Shown: positions 46,978 to 56,679, numbered from the stretch's first letter. The stretch is DNA of 64,000 nt from Calditrichia bacterium (GCA_050633245.1 JBOEGD010000024.1:160001-224000), one strand, 5' to 3'. Made by a program: numbers and translations. Notes: a model not told the origin generated them from the sequence alone.

Positions 46978-48789
46978 ATGAAGAATCGATATTTGTTTTC
47001 AGTACAAGGAAAAACGGCCCTAATTCCATTGTTGATTGTTCTTTTGTTCCCGTTTTTTTCGGCATCTATGCAAGCACAGGATTTACTGTGGGGTAACCGG
47101 TCGGGTGGGGGATCCAGTGACTCAGGTCTTGATATTGCAGTCGACGCTTCCGGTAATAGTTATGTCACCGGCCACTTTGAGGGAGAAGCAACCTTCGGAG
47201 AGGGGCAAGCGAATGAAACCATTTTAAATAGTGTTGGCTTTTTGGATATCTTTGTGGCCAAATACGATCTTAACGGTTTGCTGATGTGGGTCAGACAGGC
47301 TGGTGGCCTTGAACTTGCTCAAGGCCTTCATATTTCAGTTGATGCATCCGGCAGCAGTTCTGTAACCGGTGTTTTTGATGGAATGGTCACCTTTGGAGTA
47401 GGTGAAGCCAACGAAACAACCTTAACCAGTTCAGGTTCTACGAATATCCACGATATTTTTATTGCCAGATACGACGCGAATGGTATGTTGGTGTGGGCTA
47501 CACGAGCGGGCGGTCAAAACTCAAATGATGTTGGTTCGTCAATCGCTGTTGATGACTTTAATAACAGCTATATAGCGGGGTATTTTAGTGATTCCACTAT
47601 CTTTGGTGAGGGTGAAGCCAATGAAACCACTCTCAGCGGATTCGGTTCGTTTGACATCTTCATTGCTAAGTACGACGCAAATGGTTTATTACATTGGGCC
47701 AAGGAAGCTGGTGGTATTTCTTTCGAGGTAGGGTTAGGTATTGCCGTGAATTCTTCCAGTCAGAGTTATATAACTGGTTTGTTCGAAGGCGCAATTACTT
47801 TAGGATCTGGTGAAGCCAATGAAACAGTTCTGACCAGTGTGGATGGACGTGATGTTTTTGTCGCAAAGTATGACGCCGATGGCTTGCTGCTTTGGGCAAA
47901 GCGGGCTGGTGGGCCGGGAAATGATGAAGGTTTTGGCATTGAAGTTGGGCTGGCTGGCAGTAATTATATAACTGGCAAGTTTGAAGACACTGCTACATTT
48001 GGGATGATTGGAACGAACGAGACCATCTTAAATAGTCAAGGGGCTAATGACGTTTTTGTGGCAAAGCTTGCTGCAGATGGAACACTGCTCTGGGCCAAAC
48101 AGTCCGGAGGCTCTGGTAACGACCAGGGAGCTGAAATAATTGTTGATGCTTCCGGCAATGGTTATCTAACCGGTCTATTTGAAGGCGTTGCAACTTTTGG
48201 AGCGGGTGAAGCCAACGAAACTATTGTGACCAGTGCAGGCGCGACCGATATCTTCGTGACAAAATACGACTCCGACGGCTTGGTGCTTTGGGCTAAACAG
48301 GCTGGTGGGCCATCAGGTGACTTTAGTGAAGGCATTGGGGTCGATGCATTTGGTAACAGTTATATCGCTGGTCAATTCGAAGGGTTTGCAACCTTTGGTG
48401 CAGGTGAAGCCAACGAAACCATTTTAACCAGCGCAGGCTCGGCCGATATCTTTGTGGCTAAATATCAGAACAATTCACCATCGAGTGTGGGAGAAACGTT
48501 AACTCAGATAGACAATTTCAATTTAGCTCAGAACTATCCCAATCCTTTCAATCCCGTAACCGTAATTACTTTTGAAGTGCCAAAAGCTGTTCAAAGCACA
48601 CTGGCTATTTATAACTTGCGCGGCCAATTAATACGTATTTTAACTTCAGGAAAAATTCTGCAAGGCCAACATCAGGCAATCTGGAATGGCACAGATGACA
48701 CTGGTCGAGAAATGGCGAGTGGAATTTATTTCTATAGATTAAATGCCGGTGAGTTTAGCGCTACAAAGAAAATGATACTTCTTCAATAG
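46978..48789 (+). CDS. Secreted SBBP-repeat protein with FlgD/T9SS-like CTD
   Basis: About 7 repeats IAVDASGNSYVTG.FEG.ATFG.GEANET.L.S.G..DIFVAKYD; NYPNPFNP..SGIYFYRL..KKMILLQ. Confidence 0.9.
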   Translation: MKNRYLFSVQGKTALIPLLIVLLFPFFSASMQAQDLLWGNRSGGGSSDSGLDIAVDASGNSYVTGHFEGEATFGEGQANETILNSVGFLDIFVAKYDLNGLLMWVRQAGGLELAQGLHISVDASGSSSVTGVFDGMVTFGVGEANETTLTSSGSTNIHDIFIARYDANGMLVWATRAGGQNSNDVGSSIAVDDFNNSYIAGYFSDSTIFGEGEANETTLSGFGSFDIFIAKYDANGLLHWAKEAGGISFEVGLGIAVNSSSQSYITGLFEGAITLGSGEANETVLTSVDGRDVFVAKYDADGLLLWAKRAGGPGNDEGFGIEVGLAGSNYITGKFEDTATFGMIGTNETILNSQGANDVFVAKLAADGTLLWAKQSGGSGNDQGAEIIVDASGNGYLTGLFEGVATFGAGEANETIVTSAGATDIFVTKYDSDGLVLWAKQAGGPSGDFSEGIGVDAFGNSYIAGQFEGFATFGAGEANETILTSAGSADIFVAKYQNNSPSSVGETLTQIDNFNLAQNYPNPFNPVTVITFEVPKAVQSTLAIYNLRGQLIRILTSGKILQGQHQAIWNGTDDTGREMASGIYFYRLNAGEFSATKKMILLQ

Positions 48790-48908
48790 ATTTGTGCTTT
48801 GAGAATGCCAACATGGTATTTATTTGAACACTGAAGATAATCAGGTTGAAAAGATTCTAAGAAAAATTCAATCAACAATCTTGCTTAATTCCGGTTGCCC
48901 TATAGTCG

Positions 48909-49853
48909 GTGCAGAACAACAATATGATGAACCACCAAGCCTTTAGCCAAATCGATCACCGACCCTGGGCGTGTCCCGGCAGACCCTGGCTCATGCGTCA
49001 GTCGTGGTGCGATCTTCTTTTTGCGCATTGGCCTGTCCCGGCATCACTCCTTCGTCCGTTAGTGCCGTCCAGCCTGGAAATTGATGAATTCGACCATACG
49101 TCGTGGGTCGGGGTGGTACCATTTCGTATGGAAGGCGTTTCGCTAAGATATGCACCTGACGTTCCGGGGCTATCGGCATTTCCTGAGATTAACCTGCGAC
49201 TGTATGTCTCGGCCAACGGAAGGCCGGGTGTATGGTTCCTGAGTCTGGACGCAACAAACGCGTTGGCAGTTTGGGCCGCTCGCCGCTTCTTCTATCTTCC
49301 CTATTTCAATGCCAGGATATCGATCTCGCATTCAGGTCCGAACTTGCATTACAGATCGGTCCGGTCGGATGGCGAACAGTCTGCGGTATTTTCAGCTACT
49401 TATGGCCCGAAAGGCGACGTCTACCTGGCAAAACCGGGTAGTCTTGAGCACTGGCTGACGGAGAGGTATTGTCTTTACGCTGAAGACAAAAACGGGCGCA
49501 TTCTTCGAACCGAAGTGCATCATCGTCCGTGGCCACTTCAATCTGCTGATGCATTGATTGAGGAGAATACTGTTGGGAATGTTCATGGAATAGAACTTGA
49601 TTGCCATCCAGCGCTTGTTCATTTTAGTAAGCGAATTGACGTGGTTGCGTGGAGACCGAGAGACGTACGTTTGTCTGCTGATTACTTGGTAATGAGTTGT
49701 TTTACATTGAGAAGAAAATGTTCAGAAAATTGTGTCTATTTAGAGAATGATGTGTATATATGCACGCTTTCTTTAAGTAATAAAGAGAATGACTTATCTC
49801 CGTTGAATGGAATGTTAGCCGGGCGAAGTAATCATGAAAATCTATCTCGATGA
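48909..49853 (+). CDS. DUF2071 (YqjF-like) family protein with probable read-through tail
   Basis: MRQSWCDLLFAHW, FPEINLRLYV, GVWFLSLDA, WLTERYCLY, HRPWPLQ; last about 60 aa look non-homologous. Confidence 0.88.
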   Translation: MQNNNMMNHQAFSQIDHRPWACPGRPWLMRQSWCDLLFAHWPVPASLLRPLVPSSLEIDEFDHTSWVGVVPFRMEGVSLRYAPDVPGLSAFPEINLRLYVSANGRPGVWFLSLDATNALAVWAARRFFYLPYFNARISISHSGPNLHYRSVRSDGEQSAVFSATYGPKGDVYLAKPGSLEHWLTERYCLYAEDKNGRILRTEVHHRPWPLQSADALIEENTVGNVHGIELDCHPALVHFSKRIDVVAWRPRDVRLSADYLVMSCFTLRRKCSENCVYLENDVYICTLSLSNKENDLSPLNGMLAGRSNHENLSR

Positions 49854-50145
49854 TGAGCGAACTCCGCCGCCAGGCTGGTTGCTGTTACGTTGGCCGGACG
49901 AAGTTATCGAAAAGCTTAAATTGGGTAATGTTACACATTTGAGTCTCGATCATGATCTTGGCGATGATGAGCGAGGCACAGGCTACGATGTTGTATTGTG
50001 GTTGGAAGAGGCTGTGGCAACTCGCGGTTTTGTTCCGCCAACAACATTGAAGGTTCACTCAGCAAACAGCTCCGCTCGCCTGAAGATGGAAGCGGGTCTT
50101 AAATCTATCCGACGGTTGGCTGCTGAAGGTAAAAACGTTAGCTGA
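49834..50145 (+). CDS. Cyclic-phosphate-processing receiver-like domain protein
   Basis: MKIYLDDERTPP.GW, SLDHDLG, TGYDVVLW, VHSAN; preceded by GTTAGCC. Confidence 0.78.
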   Translation: MKIYLDDERTPPPGWLLLRWPDEVIEKLKLGNVTHLSLDHDLGDDERGTGYDVVLWLEEAVATRGFVPPTTLKVHSANSSARLKMEAGLKSIRRLAAEGKNVS

Positions 50146-50224
50146 CTACTTGCTACAGCAGGTGCGGAACATATCATCTGCTTGATAGCGTCATCGGGGC
50201 GCAACCGAGCTTCATTCGTTAGTC
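50140..50224 (+). mobile_element. Degenerate attC-like site
   Basis: AGCTGAC at the stop codon ... CCGAGCTTCATTC-GTTAGTC, then SD and ATG of the next gene. Confidence 0.55.
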
Positions 50225-50237
50225 AGGAGTATGACTC

Positions 50238-50660
50238 ATGCTGATCCCAACCAGCTATAAGGCGAAGATTTCCAGAGAGCTTTCCTACCCGGTTGGGGCA
50301 AAGATGGTGTCAGAAGGCCTCAATGGGTGCCCCCAGTTTGAGGAACTTGAGCTTTGGTTTTGGGCAATTGGTGGCCCGGGCCCAGACAAGATAAAGGCAC
50401 TTTCAACCTCCGGTAGGTCTCTCGTTATTCTGAGCGCAAGTTATTGTCAGAACCAAGTAGTAGAATGGACGGTGACTATAAACGCTATATTGTCGGTGAA
50501 TAAGGACGTCGCGCGTGCAGCTATCTGCAATGAAGGATTGTTGCTTGTGAAGAGATGGCTTGAAACTCCGAGGAGTCAGGTTTGGCTGCAAAACGGTAGA
50601 AAAACCTGCTACTTTCGGTGGAATCCTTCCACAGGTGAGACGGATTTTAGTGAAAGGTAG
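50238..50660 (+). CDS. Hypothetical protein (cassette)
   Basis: SD AGGAG; MLIPTSYKAKISRELSYPVGA; begins 13 nt after GTTAGTC. Confidence 0.65.
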   Translation: MLIPTSYKAKISRELSYPVGAKMVSEGLNGCPQFEELELWFWAIGGPGPDKIKALSTSGRSLVILSASYCQNQVVEWTVTINAILSVNKDVARAAICNEGLLLVKRWLETPRSQVWLQNGRKTCYFRWNPSTGETDFSER

Positions 50661-50827
50661 CTCTAATTTGGTTTATTGTGTGGTGTAATAATGTGGCATA
50701 TTAATGAGTGAATAAACAAAAAAAGAGCTCGCTCGCTGTAACAACACATAACAAATGGCTTAGCAATGATGGTATCTTCGCTGGATTATTGGAATATTAT
50801 GCAGCTTATAGCAAAAGGCAATTACAC

Positions 50828-51559
50828 TTGAACTCAAAACGAATTGGTCAAATCAAAAAATTGGTGCGCTATCCGGTTAAGTCGATGGCCGGTATCGAGA
50901 TGGACGAAGCGCTGCTTGGCTGGCATGGATTGACAGGTGATCGCCGTTTTGGTGTCCGTAAGGTAGACAAAGCCGGAGATTTTCCCTGGCTTACCGCCGG
51001 CAGAATGCCGGAACTACTTTTGTATAAGTCAGTTGAATTTGACGCAAATCTTCTTCCGAAAAAAGTACAGACACCCTCCGGCGAATTACTGGATATAACG
51101 AGCAAGGAGCTGCGCGCCGAGATTCATCGACAGTCTGGTCATCAGGTCGAGCTAATGGCACTGAAGCACGGAATCTTCGATGATGCCGTTATTTCCCTAA
51201 TTGCATCTGCAACTGCAGCACATGTTTGCAGCGAAGCCGGAGTTTCGGCAGACAGCAGACGATTTCGCGCAAATATTGAAATCAGCTGCGACCAACCCTC
51301 TCCGTTCGCTGAAGACGATTGGGTGGGAAGCGTTATCTCTTTTGGAGAATCCGCCAATGCACCCGCCGTCCATATCACCAAGCGCGACATAAGATGTAAA
51401 ATGATCAGCCTTGATCCGGATACGGCAGAGCACAGTCCAATAGTTTTAAAAACTGCAGTGCAGTTAAATGATAACAATGCGGGTGTGTATGGAACGGTTA
51501 TTCGAACGGGCACCATAAAAGTTGGTGACGCATTGCTTCTACTGAATTGTGCAGAATAA
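50828..51559 (+). CDS. MOSC domain-containing protein
   Basis: RYPVKSMAG, GDRRF, RRFRANI, RCKMISLDP, GVYGTVIRTGTIKVGD; likely start TTG 50828 (ORF track 50708). Confidence 0.88.
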   Translation: MNSKRIGQIKKLVRYPVKSMAGIEMDEALLGWHGLTGDRRFGVRKVDKAGDFPWLTAGRMPELLLYKSVEFDANLLPKKVQTPSGELLDITSKELRAEIHRQSGHQVELMALKHGIFDDAVISLIASATAAHVCSEAGVSADSRRFRANIEISCDQPSPFAEDDWVGSVISFGESANAPAVHITKRDIRCKMISLDPDTAEHSPIVLKTAVQLNDNNAGVYGTVIRTGTIKVGDALLLLNCAE

Positions 51560-51709
51560 CCGACGGGCACATAGTATCGATAGCAATTCGAATTCCGTTG
51601 TGCACACGTTTGCTGCTGAAGCGAGATGCTTTTCCCTAACTCTTGTCTTGTCCCTCCAAAAGTTAGTTAGTACTATTTGACACACTCTTAATAAAACAGG
51701 GTAATTATT

Positions 51710-52114
51710 ATGAATAATAAAAATAATCAAAACAAAAAATTTTTACCCATTTGGGTATGGGGAATCGCGCTTGTACAACTTCTTTTGGTTCTTTTCTTTG
51801 CAGCTGGAACAGCAATGAATCCGGAAAATTTTATACCAGGGATTTCAGAATTGGATTATGTGACGCAACTTTATATTACGCGGAATGTAACGGTAGTGCT
51901 TGGGATAGTTGTTGCTTTGCTCCTTCGGAGTCATAAAGCACTATTTGCAATGTTAATCGTTAGGGTATTGACGGACATATCCGATGTTATTACGGTATAT
52001 GCCTTTAATGTAGGAGTAATTAAATCAAGTGTACCGATGGTCGTTGTCATACTTATTATTCCTGCTCTACTAGCTCTCGGGTATTTGTGGAAGAGAATTA
52101 GTCAAGAAAGTTAG
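51710..52114 (+). CDS. Small four-TM membrane protein
   Basis: Four hydrophobic helices with YITRN and RVLTDISD motifs. Confidence 0.65.
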   Translation: MNNKNNQNKKFLPIWVWGIALVQLLLVLFFAAGTAMNPENFIPGISELDYVTQLYITRNVTVVLGIVVALLLRSHKALFAMLIVRVLTDISDVITVYAFNVGVIKSSVPMVVVILIIPALLALGYLWKRISQES

Positions 52115-52212
52115 TAAGAAACGCACAAGGCGCTGCAGAGGATGCAGTTTCGCGCTGCTATGTGTAGTTCAAAGGTAGCACTGCATATCGATAGTACGAT
52201 TAAGGTATAGTA

Positions 52213-52749
52213 ATGGATTTCTCCTCTTATAAAGAAGCAGAAAAAACAGAAATTAGGCGGCTTTTTCATGACGTGTTCTCCCAATCTGAAGGGCCATCCG
52301 AAGGCGCGTTAATAGCAAAGCTGGTGCTCGATCTAATTAATACCACAACGACCCCGGATATCTTTGGGTTCGTTGCTAAGGACGAAGAGAAGCTCATCGG
52401 CAGCATCTTTTTTACACGACTCAGCTTCGATACGCAGATAGAAGCATTTATCCTATCTCCCGTGGCGGTTCACTCAGACTATCAGAGCAAAGGTATTGGC
52501 CAGAAGCTAATTACCCATGGACTTGAACAGTTGAAGAACGCGGGAGTGGAACTGGCGTTTACCTATGGTGATCCGAATTATTATTCCAAAGTCGGTTTTC
52601 AACAGGTTTCGGAAGAAATTATTCAAGCTCCGCTAAAAATGTCACAGCCTGAAGGCTGGTTATGCCAATCGCTTGTTGGAAATGAAATTTTGCCGATACA
52701 AGATAAACCACGCTGTGTGCCAGCACTGAATGACCCGGTGTATTGGTAG
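52213..52749 (+). CDS. GNAT N-acetyltransferase (YhbS-like)
   Basis: LSPVAVHSDYQSKGIGQKLI, TYGDPNYYSKVGF. Confidence 0.92.
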   Translation: MDFSSYKEAEKTEIRRLFHDVFSQSEGPSEGALIAKLVLDLINTTTTPDIFGFVAKDEEKLIGSIFFTRLSFDTQIEAFILSPVAVHSDYQSKGIGQKLITHGLEQLKNAGVELAFTYGDPNYYSKVGFQQVSEEIIQAPLKMSQPEGWLCQSLVGNEILPIQDKPRCVPALNDPVYW

Positions 52750-52890
52750 GGGATAGACTCTCGCCACAGAGCGGCGAGATATTCAGTAGGATTAGCCAGC
52801 TAGATAAAATAAGAAAAGCCTGCAAGGTTTCTTGCTGATACGAATAAATTAACCTGCTGATTTTGCCTCAATAGCTTAACTTTCAACGTG

Positions 52891-52938
52891 CCGTTCTCTG
52901 AACCCTTCGGCGTCGCTCAGGATTAACTCCGCTGAAGG
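52891..52938 (-). repeat. REP-like element, family A
   Basis: Reverse complement CCTTCAGCGGAGTTAATCCTGAGCGACGCCGAAGGGTTCAGAGAACGG aligns with 31043-31089. Confidence 0.7.
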
Positions 52939-53018
52939 TAAAGTGCCAATTGACCTCTTCGCCCAATGAAGAAGTCGTTACCGGCCAAAATCTTCTTGTA
53001 AGTATCTGAGCGTTGTAG

Positions 53019-53123
53019 TATGTTGTTGCATATTATTCCTGAAATTTGGAATAACACACTAAAAACCTCTATCCATAATTATTCTTTAACAGACTATTTT
53101 GTGCTGAAACCACTTCGGTTTTT
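53019..53123 (+). repeat. Copy 1 of a ~105-bp duplicated promoter/leader
   Basis: TATGTT at 53019 (TTGTAA 17 nt upstream) and core TTCTTTAACAGACTATTTTGTGCTGAAA at 53082. Confidence 0.7.
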
Positions 53124-53348
53124 AATCTCGATTTGAGACCAGGTTTCATGTAGCTAAATAGGTTGATCTATTAGCAGTGAATTGAGGCATTCGGTTGTAC
53201 TTGCGGTATTAGACGGAAGGGATCGGCCTCTATTGACTTGGCGTATTTGTAAAAAACAGGATAAAAACTTAGATAAGCTTAAGAGCACCTGTAAGGTTCA
53301 CTTTGGCTATTAAGAATTCACTCACAACAAGCGAAGGGATCCACCAAT

Positions 53349-54608
53349 ATGTATGACATTGCAAGACTTCAAAAGGCCCTTAAGGAGATGTGGTCTAAAC
53401 TAGCACCGGAAGAGCGCGCAAAACTTGAAAAGCAGGCAATTGCCGGCCATGAGTATCTACTTTCTATCCGCTCAGGGGCAGCACCTGAGATGAAGGCTCC
53501 GGTACCGCGCGAGCTATTACTTCTCTACAGCCTGCTTCATGATGACCCGGATGGATTGCTGAAGGATGCTGCTTCGCTCGACTCTGAAGTAACACATGTT
53601 GGAGCTGATGGTGAAGTGTACTTCGGCAATGTTGACTTCGACTCCACCGATCCCAAGTGGGCGTACTGCCCTTGGGCTTGGTATGAGACCGGACCGACAG
53701 TGCCTTTCGCCGCACCTCCGGCTACACCTCCAGCTGTCGTAGAAATCCCTGATACGGCGACTCTGGCAATCCTTGGTGACTGGGGAGGGAATAACGCTCC
53801 GGCGCAGCAGGTTGCCGCCGCTGTTAGAAACATCGAAGCCGACTATTTTGTGCATCTTGGAGACGTCTACTATGCAGGTACGAACGAGAATGGATTGGTC
53901 GAAACTAACTATCAAGAGGAGAATTTTTTAGGCCCATGGCCCGGTACGTCTGGCAAGTCTTTTAACCTGAATTCGAATCATGATATGTATGCCCATGCTA
54001 TCGGATATTTTAATACTGCATTAGCATCTCCAATGTTTTCTGCGCAGGCCGGTTGTAGTTACTTTGCTCTTTTCAACAGTAGCTTTCGCTTTGTTGGCCT
54101 CGATACCGCTTACTTCGACCCCGATCAGAGTGGAACGGGTTTTATGACTGGAAACTTGAATTCCGGACAGGAAGAATTTCTTCTGGCGCAGGCAAGGAGT
54201 GCCGCTCAGCAAAATCAGAAACTCATTCTATTCACGCATCATAATGGATTGTCGATGGACGGAGAGACGAAGTTGTCACTATGGAATCAGATTGTCGCTC
54301 AGTTGACTCCATTGAATGGACAGTCGGTTATCTGGTATTGTGGCCATGAACATGTTGGAGCGGTATATCAGCCACAAACGGCGGGACAAGTCACAATTCT
54401 TCCAAGATGCTGCGGTCATGGCTGTATCCCTTGGGGCATACCATCGAATCTTCAGGGAAAAAGTCAAGTACTGTGGTTTGAGGATGAGGTTCTTGGCCCG
54501 GGATCTAATTATTTTGTAACCAACGGCTTTGCGACATTAAGTCTCAATGGAGCTTCGATCACAGAGACTTTTTACAATCAGAGTGGCGATGCTCACTGGA
54601 CCAGCTAA
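53349..54608 (+). CDS. Calcineurin-like metallophosphoesterase
   Basis: GDWG, HLGDVYY, SNHDMY, LDT, FTHH, GHEH. Confidence 0.88.
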   Translation: MYDIARLQKALKEMWSKLAPEERAKLEKQAIAGHEYLLSIRSGAAPEMKAPVPRELLLLYSLLHDDPDGLLKDAASLDSEVTHVGADGEVYFGNVDFDSTDPKWAYCPWAWYETGPTVPFAAPPATPPAVVEIPDTATLAILGDWGGNNAPAQQVAAAVRNIEADYFVHLGDVYYAGTNENGLVETNYQEENFLGPWPGTSGKSFNLNSNHDMYAHAIGYFNTALASPMFSAQAGCSYFALFNSSFRFVGLDTAYFDPDQSGTGFMTGNLNSGQEEFLLAQARSAAQQNQKLILFTHHNGLSMDGETKLSLWNQIVAQLTPLNGQSVIWYCGHEHVGAVYQPQTAGQVTILPRCCGHGCIPWGIPSNLQGKSQVLWFEDEVLGPGSNYFVTNGFATLSLNGASITETFYNQSGDAHWTS

Positions 54609-54749
54609 TGTAGAGGCTGAAGCCGTCGAAAGCGCATGAATCTGCTACTACGCCATCGGAAAGTGTGACAGATTCATGCAAACTTTTTAATACTTTGTTG
54701 GAGTTGTTACAAAGCTGAAGGTTTTCTGGCGTTTTGCAGATCACTTTAT

Positions 54750-54853
54750 TATGTTATTAGACGTTCTTCTCGGAGTTGGGAAAAACACAACAAACTCCCC
54801 ACTATAAAAACGTTCTTTAACAGACTGTTCTGTGCTGAAATACCTTGGTTTTT
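54750..54853 (+). repeat. Copy 2 of the ~105-bp duplicated promoter/leader
   Basis: TATGTT at 54750 and core TTCTTTAACAGACTGTTCTGTGCTGAAA at 54813 (26/28 identical, same 63-nt offset). Confidence 0.7.
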
Positions 54854-55054
54854 GAAACCGGGTGCTCCAAAAAGCATGTGACTAGTTGTTGAGCGGTTAT
54901 CGGATTGAAAAAAATCAGAAAAAAGTATCTATATAATTAACAGTTTAATGCACTAAATACCAAGTCGCACCACCTCCGGCATTCTCTGCCGGGCTGGAAG
55001 TAACCTTGCTCTGCTTATGTATGCGGAGCGAAGTTGATACGCGCTAGAAAGAGA

Positions 55055-55444
55055 ATGATTTATGAAGAATTTGATGATCTACAAGAGCTGTTTTTTATGG
55101 GCCCTGAACTCGAAAGCCGACACGCATGGTGGCACTGGGTCTATTTTTTAATGATGCCTGTCTTAGATATTACAGGCCCCTTGTCGCATATTTTCTCAAC
55201 GGGGCAATGTGATTACACTTACAAAGATGATGAGCGATTTCCCGGTGTGCGTAATCCGATTACTTTTTACGCCTGGGCTAAGTCTTACCATCTCGAATAT
55301 GACCGTATGGTTGCAACCTTCTTACCCCGGACTCCGGCTCAACGTCGGGATTTAGCTGCGATGAGAGAATATAGTGATATCATTGCGAAGGCTTTAAGAG
55401 AGGCACGCGATATACTGAATGAATCAGATAGTAGTGATGAGTAA
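55055..55444 (+). CDS. Hypothetical protein
   Basis: About 129-aa ORF with protein-like composition; no family recognised. Confidence 0.55.
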   Translation: MIYEEFDDLQELFFMGPELESRHAWWHWVYFLMMPVLDITGPLSHIFSTGQCDYTYKDDERFPGVRNPITFYAWAKSYHLEYDRMVATFLPRTPAQRRDLAAMREYSDIIAKALREARDILNESDSSDE

Positions 55445-55448
55445 CCCC

Positions 55449-56130
55449 ATGAATATCTCCCTCTCGCTTCAACAAGCCCGTAAGCTGGCCCTGTTATCGC
55501 AGCGACTACCGCCGGTAAATCAAGCCGGTAGCGCAACGGCTGCTACTTTGGCGGCGATTGAGCAGCTCGGTTATATTCAGATCGATACGATCTCCGTCAT
55601 TCAGCGTGCTCATCACCACACCCTGTGGAATCGCAATCCGCGTTACAAAGCTGTGCAGCTAAGTCAGCTGATTACTGAGAAAAAAGTGTTCGAATACTGT
55701 CTCATGCCGCGGCTTACCTGCCGATGCGCGACTACCAGTTTAGCTTCGTGTGCAAGCATGCCCTTGCAACTGGCACGCTAAAGCAATGGTATAAGCGCGA
55801 TGATAAGATGATAAAGCTGGTGCTGGATCGTATTGCCGGCGAAGGCTCGCTAATGGCCAGAGATTTTGAGCACATTGGTAAAAAGATCGGTGACTGGCGA
55901 GCCAAGCCGGCCAAGCAGGCACTGGAATATCTGTTTATGCAGGGTGACCTGATGATAGCGAGCCGCGTAAATTTTCACAAGGTGTACGACCTTACCGAGC
56001 GGGTGCTGCCGGAAGGAATTGGAAGCATTTCAATAGATGCACCGGACTTGTGTTACACCGAACCTCGCCAAAAACGGTTAAACCGGAGCTGCAGGTGTTG
56101 ATGGGGAATTTGGCGGGACGCTTGGTGTAA
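55449..56130 (+). pseudogene. Degenerate copy of the YcaQ/AlkZ-like DNA glycosylase gene
   Basis: Aligns to 59599..60801; 1-nt deletion near 55699 and a 518-bp internal deletion at about 56013-56021. Confidence 0.9.
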
Positions 56131-56147
56131 TTGAGCCGCATTTCGCT

Positions 56148-56194
56148 CCCCTCGGCGGAGTTTATCCTGCCCCTCGGCTCCGCTCGGGGAACGG
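56148..56194. repeat. REP-like element, family A
   Basis: CCCCTCGGCGGAGTTTATCCTG-CCCCTCGGCTCCGCTCGGGGAACGG; the second half is 24/25 identical to the reverse complement of 31096-31120. Confidence 0.75.
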
Positions 56195-56320
56195 TACTTC
56201 TTTCCGCTAGGGGAATGTAAGAGCACGCACCACTGAGTCTCAAACTTCCAGGAGCTCGGTAAATTTTGATCTAAAAGTGGAAAGAAATAGAGGTAGAATT
56301 GACGGAAACCAATCGTTGAT

Positions 56321-56569
56321 TTGCATAAAAGCTTCTACAGCCCCAAAGCGATATCGATTTCCACATTTTTGGGTGGACCATTGGCCGCAGGCTACCTAAT
56401 GGCGCGCAATCTCAAGGCCCTGGGCGATAAGGAATACTGGAAGGATTTTGAAGTTACTAATTATTTTAAGAACTTGAATGTGTCACTCAATCAAAGCAAT
56501 GCGCCAAAACAGATAAAAATTACTCTTTTAATTTATGGCTTTAACGGGCTGGAGAAATATCCGCTCTAA
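56321..56569 (+). pseudogene. Probable truncated membrane-protein gene fragment
   Basis: YSPKAISISTFLGGPLAAGYLMARNLKALG looks like a conserved N-terminus; the rest looks unrelated. Confidence 0.45.
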
Positions 56570-56665
56570 CAAACGCATTTAGTGAGAGAGCAATCCCGTC
56601 ACGTCGAGTGTGAAGAGAAACAAGTATCGCGCCAGAGCAGCTACACCTGATGCTCGGCGTTATAA
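56564..56665 (+). mobile_element. attC-like recombination site (best preserved in window)
   Basis: R'' CTCTAAC, L'' GCATTTAG, L' CTGATGC, R' GTTATAA; 102 bp; overlaps the upstream stop and precedes the next start. Confidence 0.7.
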
Positions 56666-56679
56666 GAAGGGGGCTGTCT

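Noticed and set aside
46978-48480. DNA repeat array (GGTGAAGCCAACGAAAC recurring)
   Set aside because: Explained by in-frame SBBP protein repeats (GEANET).
54960-55035. Known riboswitch in the two hairpins before 55055
   Set aside because: No recognisable aptamer consensus; noted only as part of the duplicated-leader finding.
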